Shown: positions 29,694 to 43,511 of the stretch, piece after piece
Position numbering within the stretch: position 1 is the first letter of the stretch
How the letters are laid out: each line of letters starts with the position of its first letter
Assembly (NCBI GenBank): GCA_964016885.1
Contig: OZ024741.1
Location: 130,572,001-130,636,000, forward strand
Length of the DNA stretch: 64,000 bases
Direction: 5' to 3'
Origin: Eledone cirrhosa
Lineage: Eukaryota
Notes under the pieces: generated by a model
What the model saw: only the letters and a program-made list of their open reading frames with translations
Databases searched by the model: none
What the model was told of the DNA's origin: nothing
Program-made: the position numbers and the translations under genes

Positions 29694-29905
29694 CTAGAGC
29701 GGGTAGAATTCCCAAGATCCATGGACGAGTTCTCTCCAGCCGTCTCTGTCCCTCATTATCGCTGCCATGTCCTGCGTCTGCAACAGACCAGTGTCTGTCC
29801 ATAGGGCATCAACATATGTTAACTTCGTTCTTCCTCTTCTAGTATGTTCATGCAGAGGTTCCCACAGGAGCACTGAGTGCAGTGGATGTCGGTGAGCATA
29901 TCCAG
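29694..29905 (-). mobile_element. RTE/RTEX-like LINE 3' end
   Basis: GYAHRH..VLLWEP..RRGRTKLTYVDAL..MRDRDGWRELV, then a GATA-like tail; same terminus at 28119-28160. Confidence 0.75.
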
Positions 29906-30032
29906 TTTGTGAGCTTTTAACAGGCACTCACAAATAAACGTTTCTCATTGAAGGTGCTATTACCAATGTTCTTACCCGTGCAACGCCGGGATACACTGCT
30001 AGTATATATATATATGTATATACATATACATG

Positions 30033-30098
<66 letters not shown>

Positions 30099-30235
30099 GT
30101 GTATGTATGCGTATATGTACAGATTTGCTCAGTTATGTTCATAGTGACTATAATTATGAACATAACTGAGCAAATCAGTCATTATGGTCACCTGTGACTG
30201 ATGGGACCTTCAATATATATATATATATATATATA

Positions 30236-31850
30236 TAGCGTGGATAAAATTCCCTGTCTCTGTCCTTCATGGTCGCCGCCATATCCTGCGTCTCCCAGAG
30301 ACCAGTGTCTGTCCTTAGGGCATCAATATATGTCAACATCGGTCTCCCTTTTCCTTTGTGTCCATGTAGGGTCTCCCACAGGAGCACTGAGTGCAATGTC
30401 AACTTTGAATGTCGGTGAGCATGTCCAGCTAACCTCAGTCTCCTCTGTATTACTTTCGACCTGACTTTTGGGAGGCTCCCGTACAGTTCTGAGTCCTTCA
30501 TCTTCAGTGTATACTGATTAATGTTCAGAACCATCCTCAGAATTTCGTGTAACACCCATCCACCATCTGAGTGAGTTTCTTGATCAGTGTCCAAGTCTCA
30601 GACCCGTACAGTAGCACAGACTGTAGCGACGAAGAGACGGATCTTCAAGTCTCTACGAAGGTCTCACTTCCACATCGATCTCAAACTGTGGCAAACCGCC
30701 CAGGCTTTGCCTTCCTCTCAACCACATCATTCTCTGTGTTCCCACTGTTTGCTCCCAGATACAGGAAGTCCTCAGCCAACTCTAGCGGCTTCCCGCTTAC
30801 ATTCATAATCTGAGTAAGCAGGACAGTGAAGATTCTTGCTGGTACGTTCATAACAACACCAACTGAAATAGGAGACTACCCTGCTGGTGGCGAACTCGGT
30901 GGCAACCAACCTAAGGTTTAGGAAGATTCCGGGGAAGATGTGGACCTATATATCTGATATGCACCTGTCTAAGACCCAGATTGATTTCATTCTGGTGAGG
31001 AAGAAGTGGAGGAATAATGTTTAGAACACAGAACCATACATTTATTTCTGCGGACTGGGCAGTGACCACCGGCTTGTTATGAGTGAGATCTGGGTGAGCT
31101 TAAGAAAGTGTAAGGCTCATCCCCGTAGAGCAATGACTGGGAAGCTTTCGAGAAAGATGATAAGTTACAGAAGAGATACACAGTAGAAGTGAGGGAGAGG
31201 TTCAGTGCTCTGTGTGGAGAGGCAGAGGAGACAGAGATTGGAGGGACTGAGGAGAGTGTGTCGAGGAGGTACAGGTACTTCAACAATGCAGTGACAGCAC
31301 CAAATGAGGCCCTGGTGCCGAGGAGAGAGAAGAAGAGGAAGAACGTCAGCCATGCAGACCCAAAAGTGTGTGCAGCCAGATAACACCTGAAAGCTGCCAA
31401 GGACCAGTTTCGTGCTGTTCCTACGGAGGTGAGGAAGGAAAATATGGAGGTGTTGAAGGAAGAACTTTGTACTGCTTACACTGAAGCCAGAGAGGAGGTG
31501 CTGATGGAGAAGATCAGAAGTGTGGACAGAGTGGTTGAAAGGTGTAAAGGTAAAGAGAGCTGGACGATCATCAACGAGATATCAGGGAGGAAGAGAGGGA
31601 GTTCGAGTCAGATCCAGCGAACAGGGCCCGATGATAGGAAAAGAAATGGTTGGACCATTTTAAGACCCTACTAGGAGAGCCGCCTTCCACAGACCAGAAC
31701 ACTGGGGAGATCAGACAGCTGTTTGAGGAACTGGATATTGAGACAAGTCCCTTCACCAGAGAATAGCTTCAGAGAACCAAGAAGATCAAGGAGGGCAAGG
31801 CCCATGGAGAAGAATGAGGGGTATCAAAGTTGATGAAGAGGTGGGATTTT
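30236..31850. mobile_element. RTE/RTEX-like LINE with 5' inversion
   Basis: 30236-30810(-) encodes post-RT QRRLRLAGHAHRH..GRP; 30810-31850(+) encodes the APE end (TQIDFILVRKKW..SDHRLV) and linker. Confidence 0.8.
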
Positions 31851-32179
31851 GATTATATATATATATGTGTGTGTGTGTGCGCGCGTGCGTGTGTGTGTGT
31901 TTCTTTCTTTTTTGTTTTTTCTTCTGGCTTTTTTGTCGGCCTCTTCGTTATCGTTGTGTTTCTTCCCGGATAGCTATCCATTTTAGCTATTAACGCACTG
32001 TGGGGAAATGTAGTCTTTAATACATTCGAAACATTAGTGATCCACAGAAGACAGCCGACAAGCGGGAATTGTCCTTGAGTTTGTGTTTTCTTTGATTACA
32101 GAATCTTAAGATATATAGACGAATTTAGATATATAGAGAAACACATTTACATACATATATACATAGACAGACGTCCGTT

Positions 32180-32490
32180 TGTGAAGGTGCGTGGCTTGGT
32201 GATGGCTTTCGGCTCATAATCATAGGATAACTAGTTCGATTCCCAGACTGGGTGGTGTGTTGAGTAGTTGAGCACGACACTATATTTCACATTGCTCCAG
32301 TCCACTTAACTGTCAAAAACGACGTGTGCCCATAATTCAAAGAACGGGTCTTGTTACACAGTGTTATGCTGAATCTTCCTGAGAACTACATTATGGGTGG
32401 CGTGAAATTTTCAGCCATTCACACTTTTGATTTAAAGATCAGGCTGTTCAGTTGTTCCAACAACTGGAACCCTCATTGTCTTAGCCGGCG
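32180..32490 (+). mobile_element. tRNA-derived SINE, degenerate
   Basis: tgtgaaggtgcgtggctt..agttcgattccc..ttgagcacgacactatatttcac; homologous to 2409-2560. Confidence 0.6.
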
Positions 32491-34010
32491 GAGGTTCAAC
32501 AACAAATTACCATAGATGTTATATAAAATGATTAGCTAAAATTACTTGCCCCACAACGTAGAGTGGCTGTTGCTGCGTGTCTCCCTCACCGTTCTCCGCG
32601 GTAATGTCTTCTCTAACCTGATGACCGGGACCACGAGACGGACTGTCCTTTAAGATATTGAATGTGGTGGTAAGAGATGGGGAATAAGTGGTAAATCTCA
32701 AAAGCCACATGCACCATTGCTGGACTGGATTAAAAGAAGAATGGTAGTATAGTCAGTAAAACTTGAAGAAATACCAGAATAACATGAGATTCATAAAAAG
32801 CTATAACTTATTTATTAATGCCTCTATCCCTCCTCCAAGAAATGGTTATCATTTTCGTCAAACGAAAAAGATACCTCTGTTATTCATATTTGTGTTTAAT
32901 GTTTCGTGTTTGTTTGTTGGGTCTGCCAGAATTTTTGGGGTGGATGGATGATGAGATGAAGTAAGGGTAATGTGTAAGGAGCCGCTTAGGGTTCTTATAG
33001 CAATCCTTATCGGCAGCACCGCCACCACATTAGAGGGTGTGTGAGGGGCGATGTCAGTCGGTGTAAGTAAAATATAACTACACGCTCCCATAGCATCGAA
33101 AACAAACTGTGAAAGCGTCGTTGAAGACGGTTGGGTTAGCGGGAGGAGCAAATGTGAGGGTGGGTGTGTGTGAAGGGGTTTATGACGTGGGGGTTGTTAA
33201 GAAGGGTCGGGGTTTTTAATTTGTATTGAGGTAGGGGGTACTTTTCGCTGTGTATGATGAACTCCTTAACAGAGACCAAGATGCGGGTGGGCGTGTGACG
33301 GCTGGATGGATATATAGGAGCAAGACGAGGAAGATGTGTGTATGGGCTGTTATGTGTTGTTATTGTGGCGGCGGTGGTGATTTAAGGGTTTGGGCGAGAG
33401 TTGTTTATTTAGTAACAAGTAAAAATGATAGAAGAAATCTGCGAAGATTTATATTTTTCATATTTTCTTAACTATTATCTTATTTATTCTTTTCAATAAA
33501 GGATGTAAAGGGAAAAAAAATATTCACTTGCAAAAGCAAGGGGAAAGAGGAAGAAACGACAGACTCGTCTCTCCAGTTCAGATGGTATATTTCAGCTGTG
33601 CACCGCAGACAAAGAACAGCCAGTGACACCCGCTGCATCATCCACTCCACCTCACGTGGTTCCTTCCCAAGACGGGATACACTCCCCACAATTTAGTGGA
33701 GACAAACGGCAGTTCGGAGACGGAAAACACCCGAGATCTCGACGGTGACCGGCACAAAAAAGGAAGCAATCGTTCAAGTTCTAGTATTTCGCTCTAGTAT
33801 TGCAACTGGGTATATGATCAAAGCGATCGAAGTGTCAGTTTATTAAGTTGTCCTGGTTGTAGTTGTTGTAGCTGTAGGTGTAGTAATTTTTGTAATATTA
33901 GTTAGTGGTGGTGGTTGGTATGTTGTTATTGTTGTTTAGCCCCAGTTCATGTCTGAATCTCCAGATCTGTGATCAGAAACGTCATATTTTTCACATCATT
34001 TTAGTTAATA

Positions 34011-35250
34011 CTAGCAGAATGGCCCGGCGTTGCTCGGGATTCTAAACATAGATTGGCATGTTTATCCCTCCTTTCTGAAACAGTACAGAGAAGTACGGAA
34101 TACCTCGGCTTGGGGATGGTGTCTACATTTTGTGCTTATGAAAAAAATTCGTCGTAGATTACCAGGGGTTTAACTTACTTGAGTGCCTGAGAGTAAAATG
34201 TTCAACCCACGAAAGCCAAGACAATAGGGTTAACTAAAAAGGCATTCGACAAACCGAACATGTATTTGTTGTGCTATGGTACAATGAAAGCAATAGTTAC
34301 AGAGCAGTAAGCATATGGGACTGCAGTGGTGGAGAGTGGTGTGGTCTTACTATTTTCAATGTTTCGTCGAATGTTCACCAATTGATGCAGAAGACCTAAT
34401 AAAAAGTGAAGTCGCCTTGGGTGAATAGGCAAATAATTTTCCATTAAAATTTTTCAAAAGCAATTAATTGCGTTCCCTCTCTTTTTTGTTGTTGTTTTTG
34501 CTGCTGTTGGTGTGAGAGCAGCCGTTGGTCGTACTACTAACACAGTCTCGTCCTTCTTCAGCCAATCGTGTAAATCCCCTTCTGCCTCGTCTACCTAAAA
34601 AATTATTGTAGCACCTCCTAAAAGCAGGATGAAGTACACTAAGACTAACTGGTAGAGTAAGAAGTAAACTCGTCAGTGATGCATGTGATTTCCGAACCGT
34701 TGGCTATGTAATCGCTGGTCTTGTTTGTTTATATTTTGTTTTTGTGTATGCAAAAATATCTGTACACGAATATATATATTAAAATAACAGATTAAAGTTT
34801 AAGCGAAGAATCGCTGCTTTCACCCTTAACGGGATCTTCTGAAACTAAAAAAATCAATCTGTGAACGCAGAAGTAAATATTTAGAAAAAACGTTACACAC
34901 TATATATATATATCTACACACACACACTATATATACATATATACACACACACACAGATAGTATCATAATGTAATGCAGGCATACAGACAGATATTATAAG
35001 GGCGCGACGTCATAGCTATGTATCTATCTAAAAAGACAGACTAAGAAAGACAGAGAGAGATCGCTTTTTCGCCTAATGCAGTCCCTAGGGCATTGAAAAT
35101 TTGAAATATCTTTTGCTCAAAACACTCACACGACCATAAGGATTACATGTCTAAAGTTTGAAAAAAATCGGTTGGGTGGTTCTCTAGATTTAGGGAGTCA
35201 GACTGACAAGCATACAGACAGACAGACATTCCCTGTTTTAGATATATAGA
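34011..35250 (-). mobile_element. Complete non-autonomous Helitron
   Basis: Minus strand starts A|TCtatatatc, ends with hairpin cccgagcaacgccggg and CTAG|T; AT target, no TSD. Confidence 0.75.
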
Positions 35251-36462
35251 TATTTAAGACTATATTATCCCCTGTTATAACGTGTTTTCATTTTCAAAAT
35301 AATTGTTTCTACTTTTGGCACAAGCAATTATCCCAGTGCATTACTGGTACTTTATTTTCTCGACCCCGTAAGGATGAAAGGCAAAAAGGTGTGGTTTGAG
35401 GTACATTATTTGGTTGCTATTTCGAGTTAGCTGAGTTATGATTAAAGGTGTTTCAGATCTCATTGTCATAGTATTATCTTGGACTTCTTTTATTTTTGAC
35501 AGTGTGATTTATGGAAGATTTGATTGCTATTTCCAGCAGCTTTGGTGCCAATGGTTTGCTGACTGTTGTTAGAGGTGGTTCTTTTTAAAATAATGTGCTG
35601 TCATATTCTCACAATAGTAGCAATAATGGTGGTTATGGGGATCAAATACAGTCCAACTAGGACCACCGCGTCTTTTATTGAAGCCTGGTATATCTAGCAC
35701 CACACTCAGTGTGTTCTTCCTTTCTTTTAAGAGAGTAGGGTGTGAAATGATGGAAACTTGACTGCTATTTTAGTACTTTAAGTGACCACCTAAGAGGAGC
35801 AAGGGACCATCTTTAATATCGGGATTGAATTACAAGTACATAAGCACCTGTGGTGTGCATTTCTACTAAGAAAAAAGAAAATATATTCCTTTAGTTAGTC
35901 ATTAGATTGCACCTACACTGCAGCACCGCGATGATTTAGTCGATATGTAGATAGCATCAGCAATGAAAATACAAACGGAAGCAGAGTCTCTTTGATCGAA
36001 TGTGTGTAGCCGCCTCTTTTGATGCCTATATGAATTTGAGAAACGTTTTAATGAATTCTATATTTTTAATGACTAAGTTCACCTTTGTCAGGATTAAAAT
36101 GTGTTCGATTAAATGTATCCCGAATACTAATAGATGGCATTTGCTGCGACATCTGAACAATTATGTGATATATCACCTTTGTAAGAACAATATATAATAG
36201 GTACCAGTAATTGGTTTAGGAGCGTCGATGTGGCAGAGTTGTTAGAGCATTGGATATTTATTCTAGCTGTCTGCGTTCTAAGGTCAAATTCCGCCGTGAT
36301 CCACTTTGCCTTTCATTTGGTGCTCGGTATAGAAAATACTAGCCTAATACTGGAGCAGACCTTTCTCCTTCTACCAGTCATATACTTGATGTACCACTGG
36401 ATCGGGGGAGAAAAGGTCAAAAGGGTGTTTATGTCAGTTCAAGACTGCATGGACACCTAAAC

Positions 36463-36776
36463 CAGAGGTTCACAAAGCGGGCGCTACCACCCACCGGGGG
36501 GGGGGGGGGGGGCTAAGGGGATGGTACAGATGATATAATAGTATATTAAATATCAAATGATACATATATATAAATATAGTAAAATAAAAATATATAATAT
36601 TTATTTATACATAGTATATATATTATTTATTATATATGAATTAACGATTTTATTTATTATCTATTTACAATTTGCATTTGGATAGGTCTCACTGGAAATA
36701 GTGTTGGGGGGAGGGGCACTGAGGGAATTACGTGGCTGTGTAGGGAGTGATGGCCAAAAAAGTTTGAGAACTTCTG
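36463..36776. mobile_element. hAT (Charlie-like) MITE
   Basis: TIRs CAGAGGTTCACAAA / TTTGAGAACTTCTG (12/14 match); decayed 8-bp TSD acctaaac/tccttagc. Confidence 0.6.
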
Positions 36777-37129
36777 TCCTTAGCAAAGTCATACTAATTT
36801 GCATGTGACGGGTGTAATTTATTTATTTTCTTTAGCTTAGCTAAGATACGTTTGTAGAGCCGAGATTAAAGCAAGGTGAAACTAAACACGGATTCAACAT
36901 TAGCGAGATTTGAACTCAGATCGTGAAGGGAAGTAAACAAATAACGCAAAATATTTTTCAGTCCGGTGCTCTACGATACTTCTATCACATTTACTATAGA
37001 GGAGTGAGATAAACTTAACTTTCATAACTTTGATAGATCACAGCCAGTGTTGGCTCAGGCCATGTCTAATAGAACCACCTGCTGAAGTCTTTCCGAATAT
37101 GGGTTCACAACGTAGTCATTATTTTGGAC

Positions 37130-37600
37130 AGCGTGGCCCACTCAATTAAAAAGTTGTTGGTTTGAGAGACATATACGGATATAGGAAGTTTATACAGGAT
37201 TTCTTGGAAGAATTTGTCCAGGAAACTTTTAAATGTTATGGAATCTGTTTCTGTCTTGGTGTATTTCGTAATGATATTAAAGAGAGCGAGCCTAGTTGAT
37301 ATGGAGAAGTTGTGTCAAATGGTTGCTAATAAGATGCGAGTTTGATTTTTGTAGTGGGCTGATAACAAAAGGACCTAGTAATTAGAGGTGATGCCAACAA
37401 CATTTAGGCAATATTGATGGAATATTTTCCGTATCATGCAGGTTATGTAGCACGCACGGCAGCGTCAGACAGAGTAGAGTTTGAGTCAAGTCGACCCAAA
37501 TAGATATGGTTTGTCATACCGTTTATCTTTTTTGTAATTGATCTCAACAGTGCTTCAATTTTCATAAGATCTAATGTGAACTGTAATAAAATAACCAGAA
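37130..37600 (-). pseudogene. Old CR1-group LINE C-terminal remnant
   Basis: Reverse-strand translation SLFNII..FKSFLDKFF..LP..Y..NNFLIEW resembles the LFN..FK..LDKFL..P..GY..NSL..W ending. Confidence 0.45.
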
Positions 37601-37601
37601 T

Positions 37602-37649
<48 letters not shown>

Positions 37650-37652
<3 letters not shown>

Positions 37653-37942
37653 AGGAAAAAAGATGAAATCGAAAATGCAACTGGAGTCTTATTTAAAAAA
37701 AATATATATATATTTATTTGGTTCCTTAACCAGTTTCGCAGTTCTTCTGCTTTTCAAAAGTAGAGTTGAGATGGAGGGTCTGTGGTTTTTCTCACATCTG
37801 AGAAAAACCACAGACCCTCCATCTCAACTCTACTTTGAAAAGCAGAAGAACTGCGAAACCGGTAAAGGAACCAAATAAATATATATATATTTTTTTTAAT
37901 AAGACTCCAGTTGCATTTTTGATTTCATCTTTTTTCCTTATA
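37650..37942. mobile_element. Palindromic pLTR pair with U3:A8 HHRs (37725-37760 -, 37832-37868 +)
   Basis: Arms of about 145 bp around 37797; TTGAAAA-GCAG aagaa CTGC-GAAAC cg GTA-aag. Confidence 0.8.
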
Positions 37943-38019
37943 CTTTCACTCGTATAGGACACCTCGGTTATTTTTCATTTTGTAAAAAAAACCTCACTTT
38001 CTAATAATATATATATATA

Positions 38020-38400
38020 TATATATGAATGTATATATAGTGTATTTTGCAATACACTGTATGCTTAATTAAAAGCATTTAGAAGACCTTACGCTATTGT
38101 TTTAGAGTAGTGACAGTCTCACTTACTTTAAATTTTCAGCAAACAGGAGAGATAAAGCTGACAGAGCTCTGTTTCGTACTGATTGGTACTTATCAAAGGC
38201 AAGTACATGGAGTACTTGGCTTTGATAAGTACAAATCAGTACCAAACAGAGCTCTGTCAGCTTTATCTCCTCTGTTTGCTGAACATTTAAAGTAAGTGTG
38301 ACTGTCACTACTCTAAAACAATAGCGTAAGGTCTTCGAAATGCATTTAATTAAGCATACCGTGTATTGCAAAATACACTATATATACATTCATATATATA
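38020..38400. repeat. Long palindrome, probably another pLTR pair
   Basis: Arms of about 175 bp around 38205, flanked by TA repeats; HHR core not convincingly intact. Confidence 0.75.
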
Positions 38401-39744
38401 TCGCTATTTCAGAGCACCAATTCTAACTTTCATATATATATATATAGTGAAAAATTGAACGGGAACAAAACAGAGAGGCAGTACGAACAAAGGTTTATTA
38501 ATTCACGCTCTTGAGAGTGGGGTGGTGTTGGGGAACGACGTTTCGGGCATAAGCCCTTCTTCAGGTGAAAAGTGTGTGGGAAGAGAGTTCAAAGAGTGTG
38601 TAGGGGAGTGGTGGAGAGACATATAGCAAAAAGGGGGTGGGAGGAAACGGTGCAAATGAAATTAAATATAAAGGCATGATCAAAATAAAATTAAAATGGG
38701 GTAAAACAGGTGGGGGAAGGGTGTGGGGCGTGTAGGGGTGGTGGCGGGTGGAGTGGGGAGAGGGAGACGGGTTTTCCGAGCGGGGAGGGCTGAAGGTGGT
38801 GTGTGTGTGTAGGTGTACGTGTGTGCGTGTGTGTGTGGATAGAGGGGTGGGGAGAGAGGATTCCGGAGGCTGAATGTGTAAATATGTGGTGGTACGCACG
38901 TGTGTGTGTGGTGTTTATGCGTGTTGTGGATGTAGGTGGCGTGTGGGAAAAAAAATGTGTTGGGGTGTGTGTCTGGGGTGGGTCGTAAAGGTAATTCCGT
39001 AAAAAGATGTGGTGGAATGCTGAGTAAAATCCTGGGATGCGGTAGATTCTCGGGATCAAGGTTCACATATGTGGTGGTGGTGGATATGATCGACATTGTA
39101 TTTACAAGGTCCCTTGTCATTGTGGATTGCAAGGTAGAACGTATCATAGGATACCGATCTAATACGATGTTGCAACGATGAGGTGTGTATGTTGATGTGA
39201 ATTTTGGTGGTGGTGATGGTGATGTGTGCGGCATGATATACAAATGTGGGCTTAGAAATAGTTACATGGAGTACAATACAATAAGTTCATTGAGGTGGGC
39301 GATGTTGAGACGGGGTATATGTGGTTATTAATATGGTGTGTCATGGTTAGTGTGATTTTTGGTGTGGGTTGTGTATGCGGCATGATATACAAAATACGGG
39401 CTTACATATGGTTAAATGCAATACAATAAAATAAGATAAAGTAAAGTAAGATTAGAATTAAAATTCGTTGAGATGAGCGATGGTGATACGGGGCAGATGT
39501 GGTTATTATTATGGTGGGTCATGGTTAGTGCGTGGCCCTCCCGCGAAAGTTTGTGCAGAAATGGTGTTCATCCTAGTGTGTCAGCAATTGACAATTATGT
39601 CCGACCTATAGTTTATGGCGGAATTTAGTTTAATTATTCCGCCGCCTCAGCTAGGCATAATCTGCAGTGGTTTCTGTCACTGGGGATATATGCCACACGT
39701 CTTTTTACTGACCACAAAATCTGGGGTTCAATATTCCTGTCCTT

Positions 39745-42170
39745 GAGGTCCCAGATCAATTTCATCAGGAGGATCCGTTGGAGGGCCTACCATTACAACA
39801 ACATGAGGGCCCCTGGATCAATTGACAATCCCACCAACCACATAAAAAGACTTTTCAAATCAACGAAAAACCCACCGGACAACCCACTCCTTGAGGAGTT
39901 TGAGAGCAGGATCATTACCATGATCCGGACAATTAAATTCAGGAAACCACCGCGAAACCCTGACAGAAGTGCATTCCTGTCCGGGCTCGCCTCAACCTTA
40001 AAAAGGATCAAAAATAGCACTGGAATTATTGTACCAGAGGATAAAACTGGAAACCTATATAATTTAGAGTACAAAACCTACAAACGAAATCTCTAAAATA
40101 TACAAAACATCAACACGAGAAAACCTAGCTCACATAAACAAACAGGCGAAAACAATAATGACCGAACTGAGTATTGACGACAGGACCTTTCCTTACAACC
40201 CTAGGACACCGAGACTATCCATTAAAGACCATAAACCGGACTTCCAGTCAAAACTACCGGTCAGGCTCATAGCCCCTTCCAAATCGGACCTTGGTAGACT
40301 TAGCAAATCAATCATTGACCGAATTTTACCTGAACTTAAGATTAGAACTAAACTCAGCCTATGGTCTTGTACAAAGGAGGTAATAGACTGATTTTGTGCC
40401 ATTGAAACTAAGTCGAATGTTCGATTAGTCCAATTGCACATTACGAACTACTACGCATCTTATCCCCAATCATCCTTAACAAGGCACTGATCTCAGCCAT
40501 GAACAGATCAAGCCTCACTAGAAGAGAAGTAGACATAATAATAACAGCTAGGAAAACTTTACTAGAATTCGACGGAAAATTTTGGGAACGACAGAATAGA
40601 CCAGATAGCTTCGACATCACCATGGGATCGACTGACTCGGCACAGGTTACAGATGTAGTAGGCATATACCTCCTAAACATATTAACGGACGAGATCCCCT
40701 CCTTGGGCGGTGGCTTATACCGGGATGATGCCCTACTATTGACCCGTGGACTTAATAACAGCCAATTGAATAGAATACACAAACGACTTAGGTACATCTT
40801 TAAGACTCAAGGTTTAGCAGTAGAAATTGAACCTAACAATAGGACAGTTAACTTCTTAGACGTCACCCTAGAATTAGACTCAGGCCTCTACCATCCATAC
40901 CACAAACCTAATGAAAATCTTAGATACGTCAATAGACTCCAACCACCCTAAGAGCATAATTAACTCTATAGTTAAAAGCGTCTCCAACAGAGTGTCCACA
41001 CTGTCGGCTAACGAAAACATCTTCAAGCAGCATGCGGAATACTACGACTCTGCACTTATAAACGCTGGTTATACTGAGAAGATTTCTTACATCGACCCAA
41101 ATAGAACCGTAACACAGCTAAACATAGCAGGACCCTTAGAAACGAACTTAGAAGAGACCTCCACACATAGGACACACAATAACCTGAGACGCCCCCTAGC
41201 CGGCAGCGCAGACAGCACCACACATAACTGTCTAGGAGATAAAGCCATACTCTCCAGCCCCAATAACAACTCCGACTATCGCACACGTTTGCGTACCAAT
41301 AGAGACAAGGGACATAACGCCAATAGATTACCGGAACCTACTTGAAACATACGCCTCACCAAAACATACACAAAGTACCACCCAACCACAAAAACCTCAC
41401 TAAACAACGCATAAACCGAAGTAGACCTGTCACGTGGTATAAACCCCCCTCCCCTATTCTATACACGTCGCCACTAACATACCGGGAACCTTTTTCAGGG
41501 CTCTCGAACAATCTTTTCCACACACACACAAATACCACAAGCTCTTCAATAGACACACCGTAAAATTCTCATTCTCCACAGCACCAAACCTAGGCCACAC
41601 AATAGCACACACTAATAGGGCAAAAATACAAAAACACATGGTTTCCCCTCAACAAACCACCACCACAACCAAGAACGAAACCACACACACAACACAACAC
41701 AACAACACACACACCACACCAACACCAAATGACACCAACCGCCATCGTGCCACCGCACCGGTTACACCCAAATGCAACTGCAAAAAACGAGCCGAAAGCC
41801 CACTAAACGGGGAGTGCCTCGTTAAGAATATTGTTTACCGGTGCGATGTCACAGCCGACAATAAGGAGTACTCATATATAGGTGCGACATCCACTACGTT
41901 TAAGGAGCGATGGTATAACCACAGAGGCTCCTTCAAACATAGATCGAAACGACCCCAAACAAAGGACAGGGATATTGAACCCCAGATTTCGTGGTCAGTA
42001 AAAAGACGCGTGGCATATATCCCCAGTGACAGAAACCACTGCAGATTATGCCTAGCTGAAGCGGCGGAATAATTAAACTAAATTCCGCCATAAACTATAG
42101 GTCGGACATAATTGTCAATTGCAGACACACTAGGATGAACACCTTTTCTGCACAAACTTTCGCGGGAGGG
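39745..42170 (+). pseudogene. PLE RT + GIY-YIG polyprotein, disrupted
   Basis: FIRRIRWRAY; KDHKPDF..PVRLIAPSKS; FDITMGSTDSAQVTDVVG..LYRDD..FLDV; CNC..PLNGECLVKNIVY..YIGAT..CRLCLAE. Confidence 0.92.
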
Positions 42171-43473
42171 CCACGCACTAACCATGACCCACCATAATAA
42201 TAACCACATCTGCCCCGTATCACCATCGCTCATCTCAACGAATTTTAATTCTAATCTTACTTTACTTTATCTTATTTTATTGTATTGCATTTAACCATAT
42301 GTAAGCCCGTATTTTGTATATCATGCCGCATACATAACCCACACCAAAAATCACACTAACCATAACACACCATATTAATAACCACATATACCCCGTCTCA
42401 AAATCGCCCACCTCATGGAACTTATTGTATTGTACTCCATGTAACCATTTCTAAGCCCGCATTTGTATATCATGCCGCACACATCACCATCACCACCACC
42501 AAAATTCACATCAACATACACACCTCATCGTTGCAACATCGTATTAGATCGGTATCCTATGATACGTTCTACCTTGCAATCCACAATGACAAGGGACCTT
42601 GTAAATACAATGTCGATCATATCACACCACCACACCACACATCGTCATATGCCTACCATACACACCTACAACCTCATCCCCCCGTGTTCCCTCTGTCTAC
42701 CCTAGCCTATAATCCCACACTAAATTCGACCCTGTAATTGTACTGTCGCACGCACACTCAACCACCGCCACCACTAGATACATCCAAATACCTCAACAAT
42801 CATTATCATTAACATCATCAACACATATCCCCCCTCGCTCCCAGATCGACTGTATTATATACCCCCCACCCCCCGTCTGCCTTACCCTATAACACACCGT
42901 AACCTCTGATCATGTAATCATCTTGTCGAACATATCACCCCAGCACCACCACCATCACCATGTCCACAACACACATCGCCGTACGTCCATAAACACCTTT
43001 TAACCGGTATTCGATCCTGTGTATATATATTTTTGTCCCTCACAACTCCACCACAAAACACAACTCCACCACAAAACACAACTCCATACTTCACCAACAC
43101 CGACAACACATACCTCCACTCCCCAACCAACAATAGCGTGTGTGTCGGTGTGTAAGTATTCTTACACATACGGACGTATGAGTGTGCGTGCGTGTACGCA
43201 TAGTTATTGTATATGTGTGTGTGTATGTGAGCGCAGGTGTATATATGTGTGTATGTGTGGGTACGTATCTGTATATATATATGTGTGTATGTGTATGCGT
43301 ATGTGTGTGTGTGTCTATATGTATGTGTATGTATGTGTGTATATGTGCACGTCTACATATATGTATATGGGTGAATCTGACTATATGTGTAGGTGAGCTC
43401 ATGTACGTGCATGTATGTGTATATGTGCGTGTATATCTGTGTGTTGTCTGTACATGTGTGTGTGTATATGTAT

Positions 43474-43511
<38 letters not shown>

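Noticed and set aside
38270-38356. HHR in the 38020-38400 palindrome
   Set aside because: CTGAACA/CTGAAAA and GAAATGCATT are present, but stems I and II could not be paired convincingly.
29081-38400. Palindromes as sequencing fold-back artefacts or independent MITEs
   Set aside because: The arms differ by substitutions and indels, mostly contain HHRs, and one family recurs elsewhere in the window, consistent with inverted PLE pLTRs.
40380-40400. In-frame TGA in PLE ORFs as selenocysteine (as reported for some Naiad PLEs)
   Set aside because: This TGA sits at a conserved Trp (the sister element reads IEWF), the copy also has frameshifts, and no SECIS was identified; decay is the simpler explanation.
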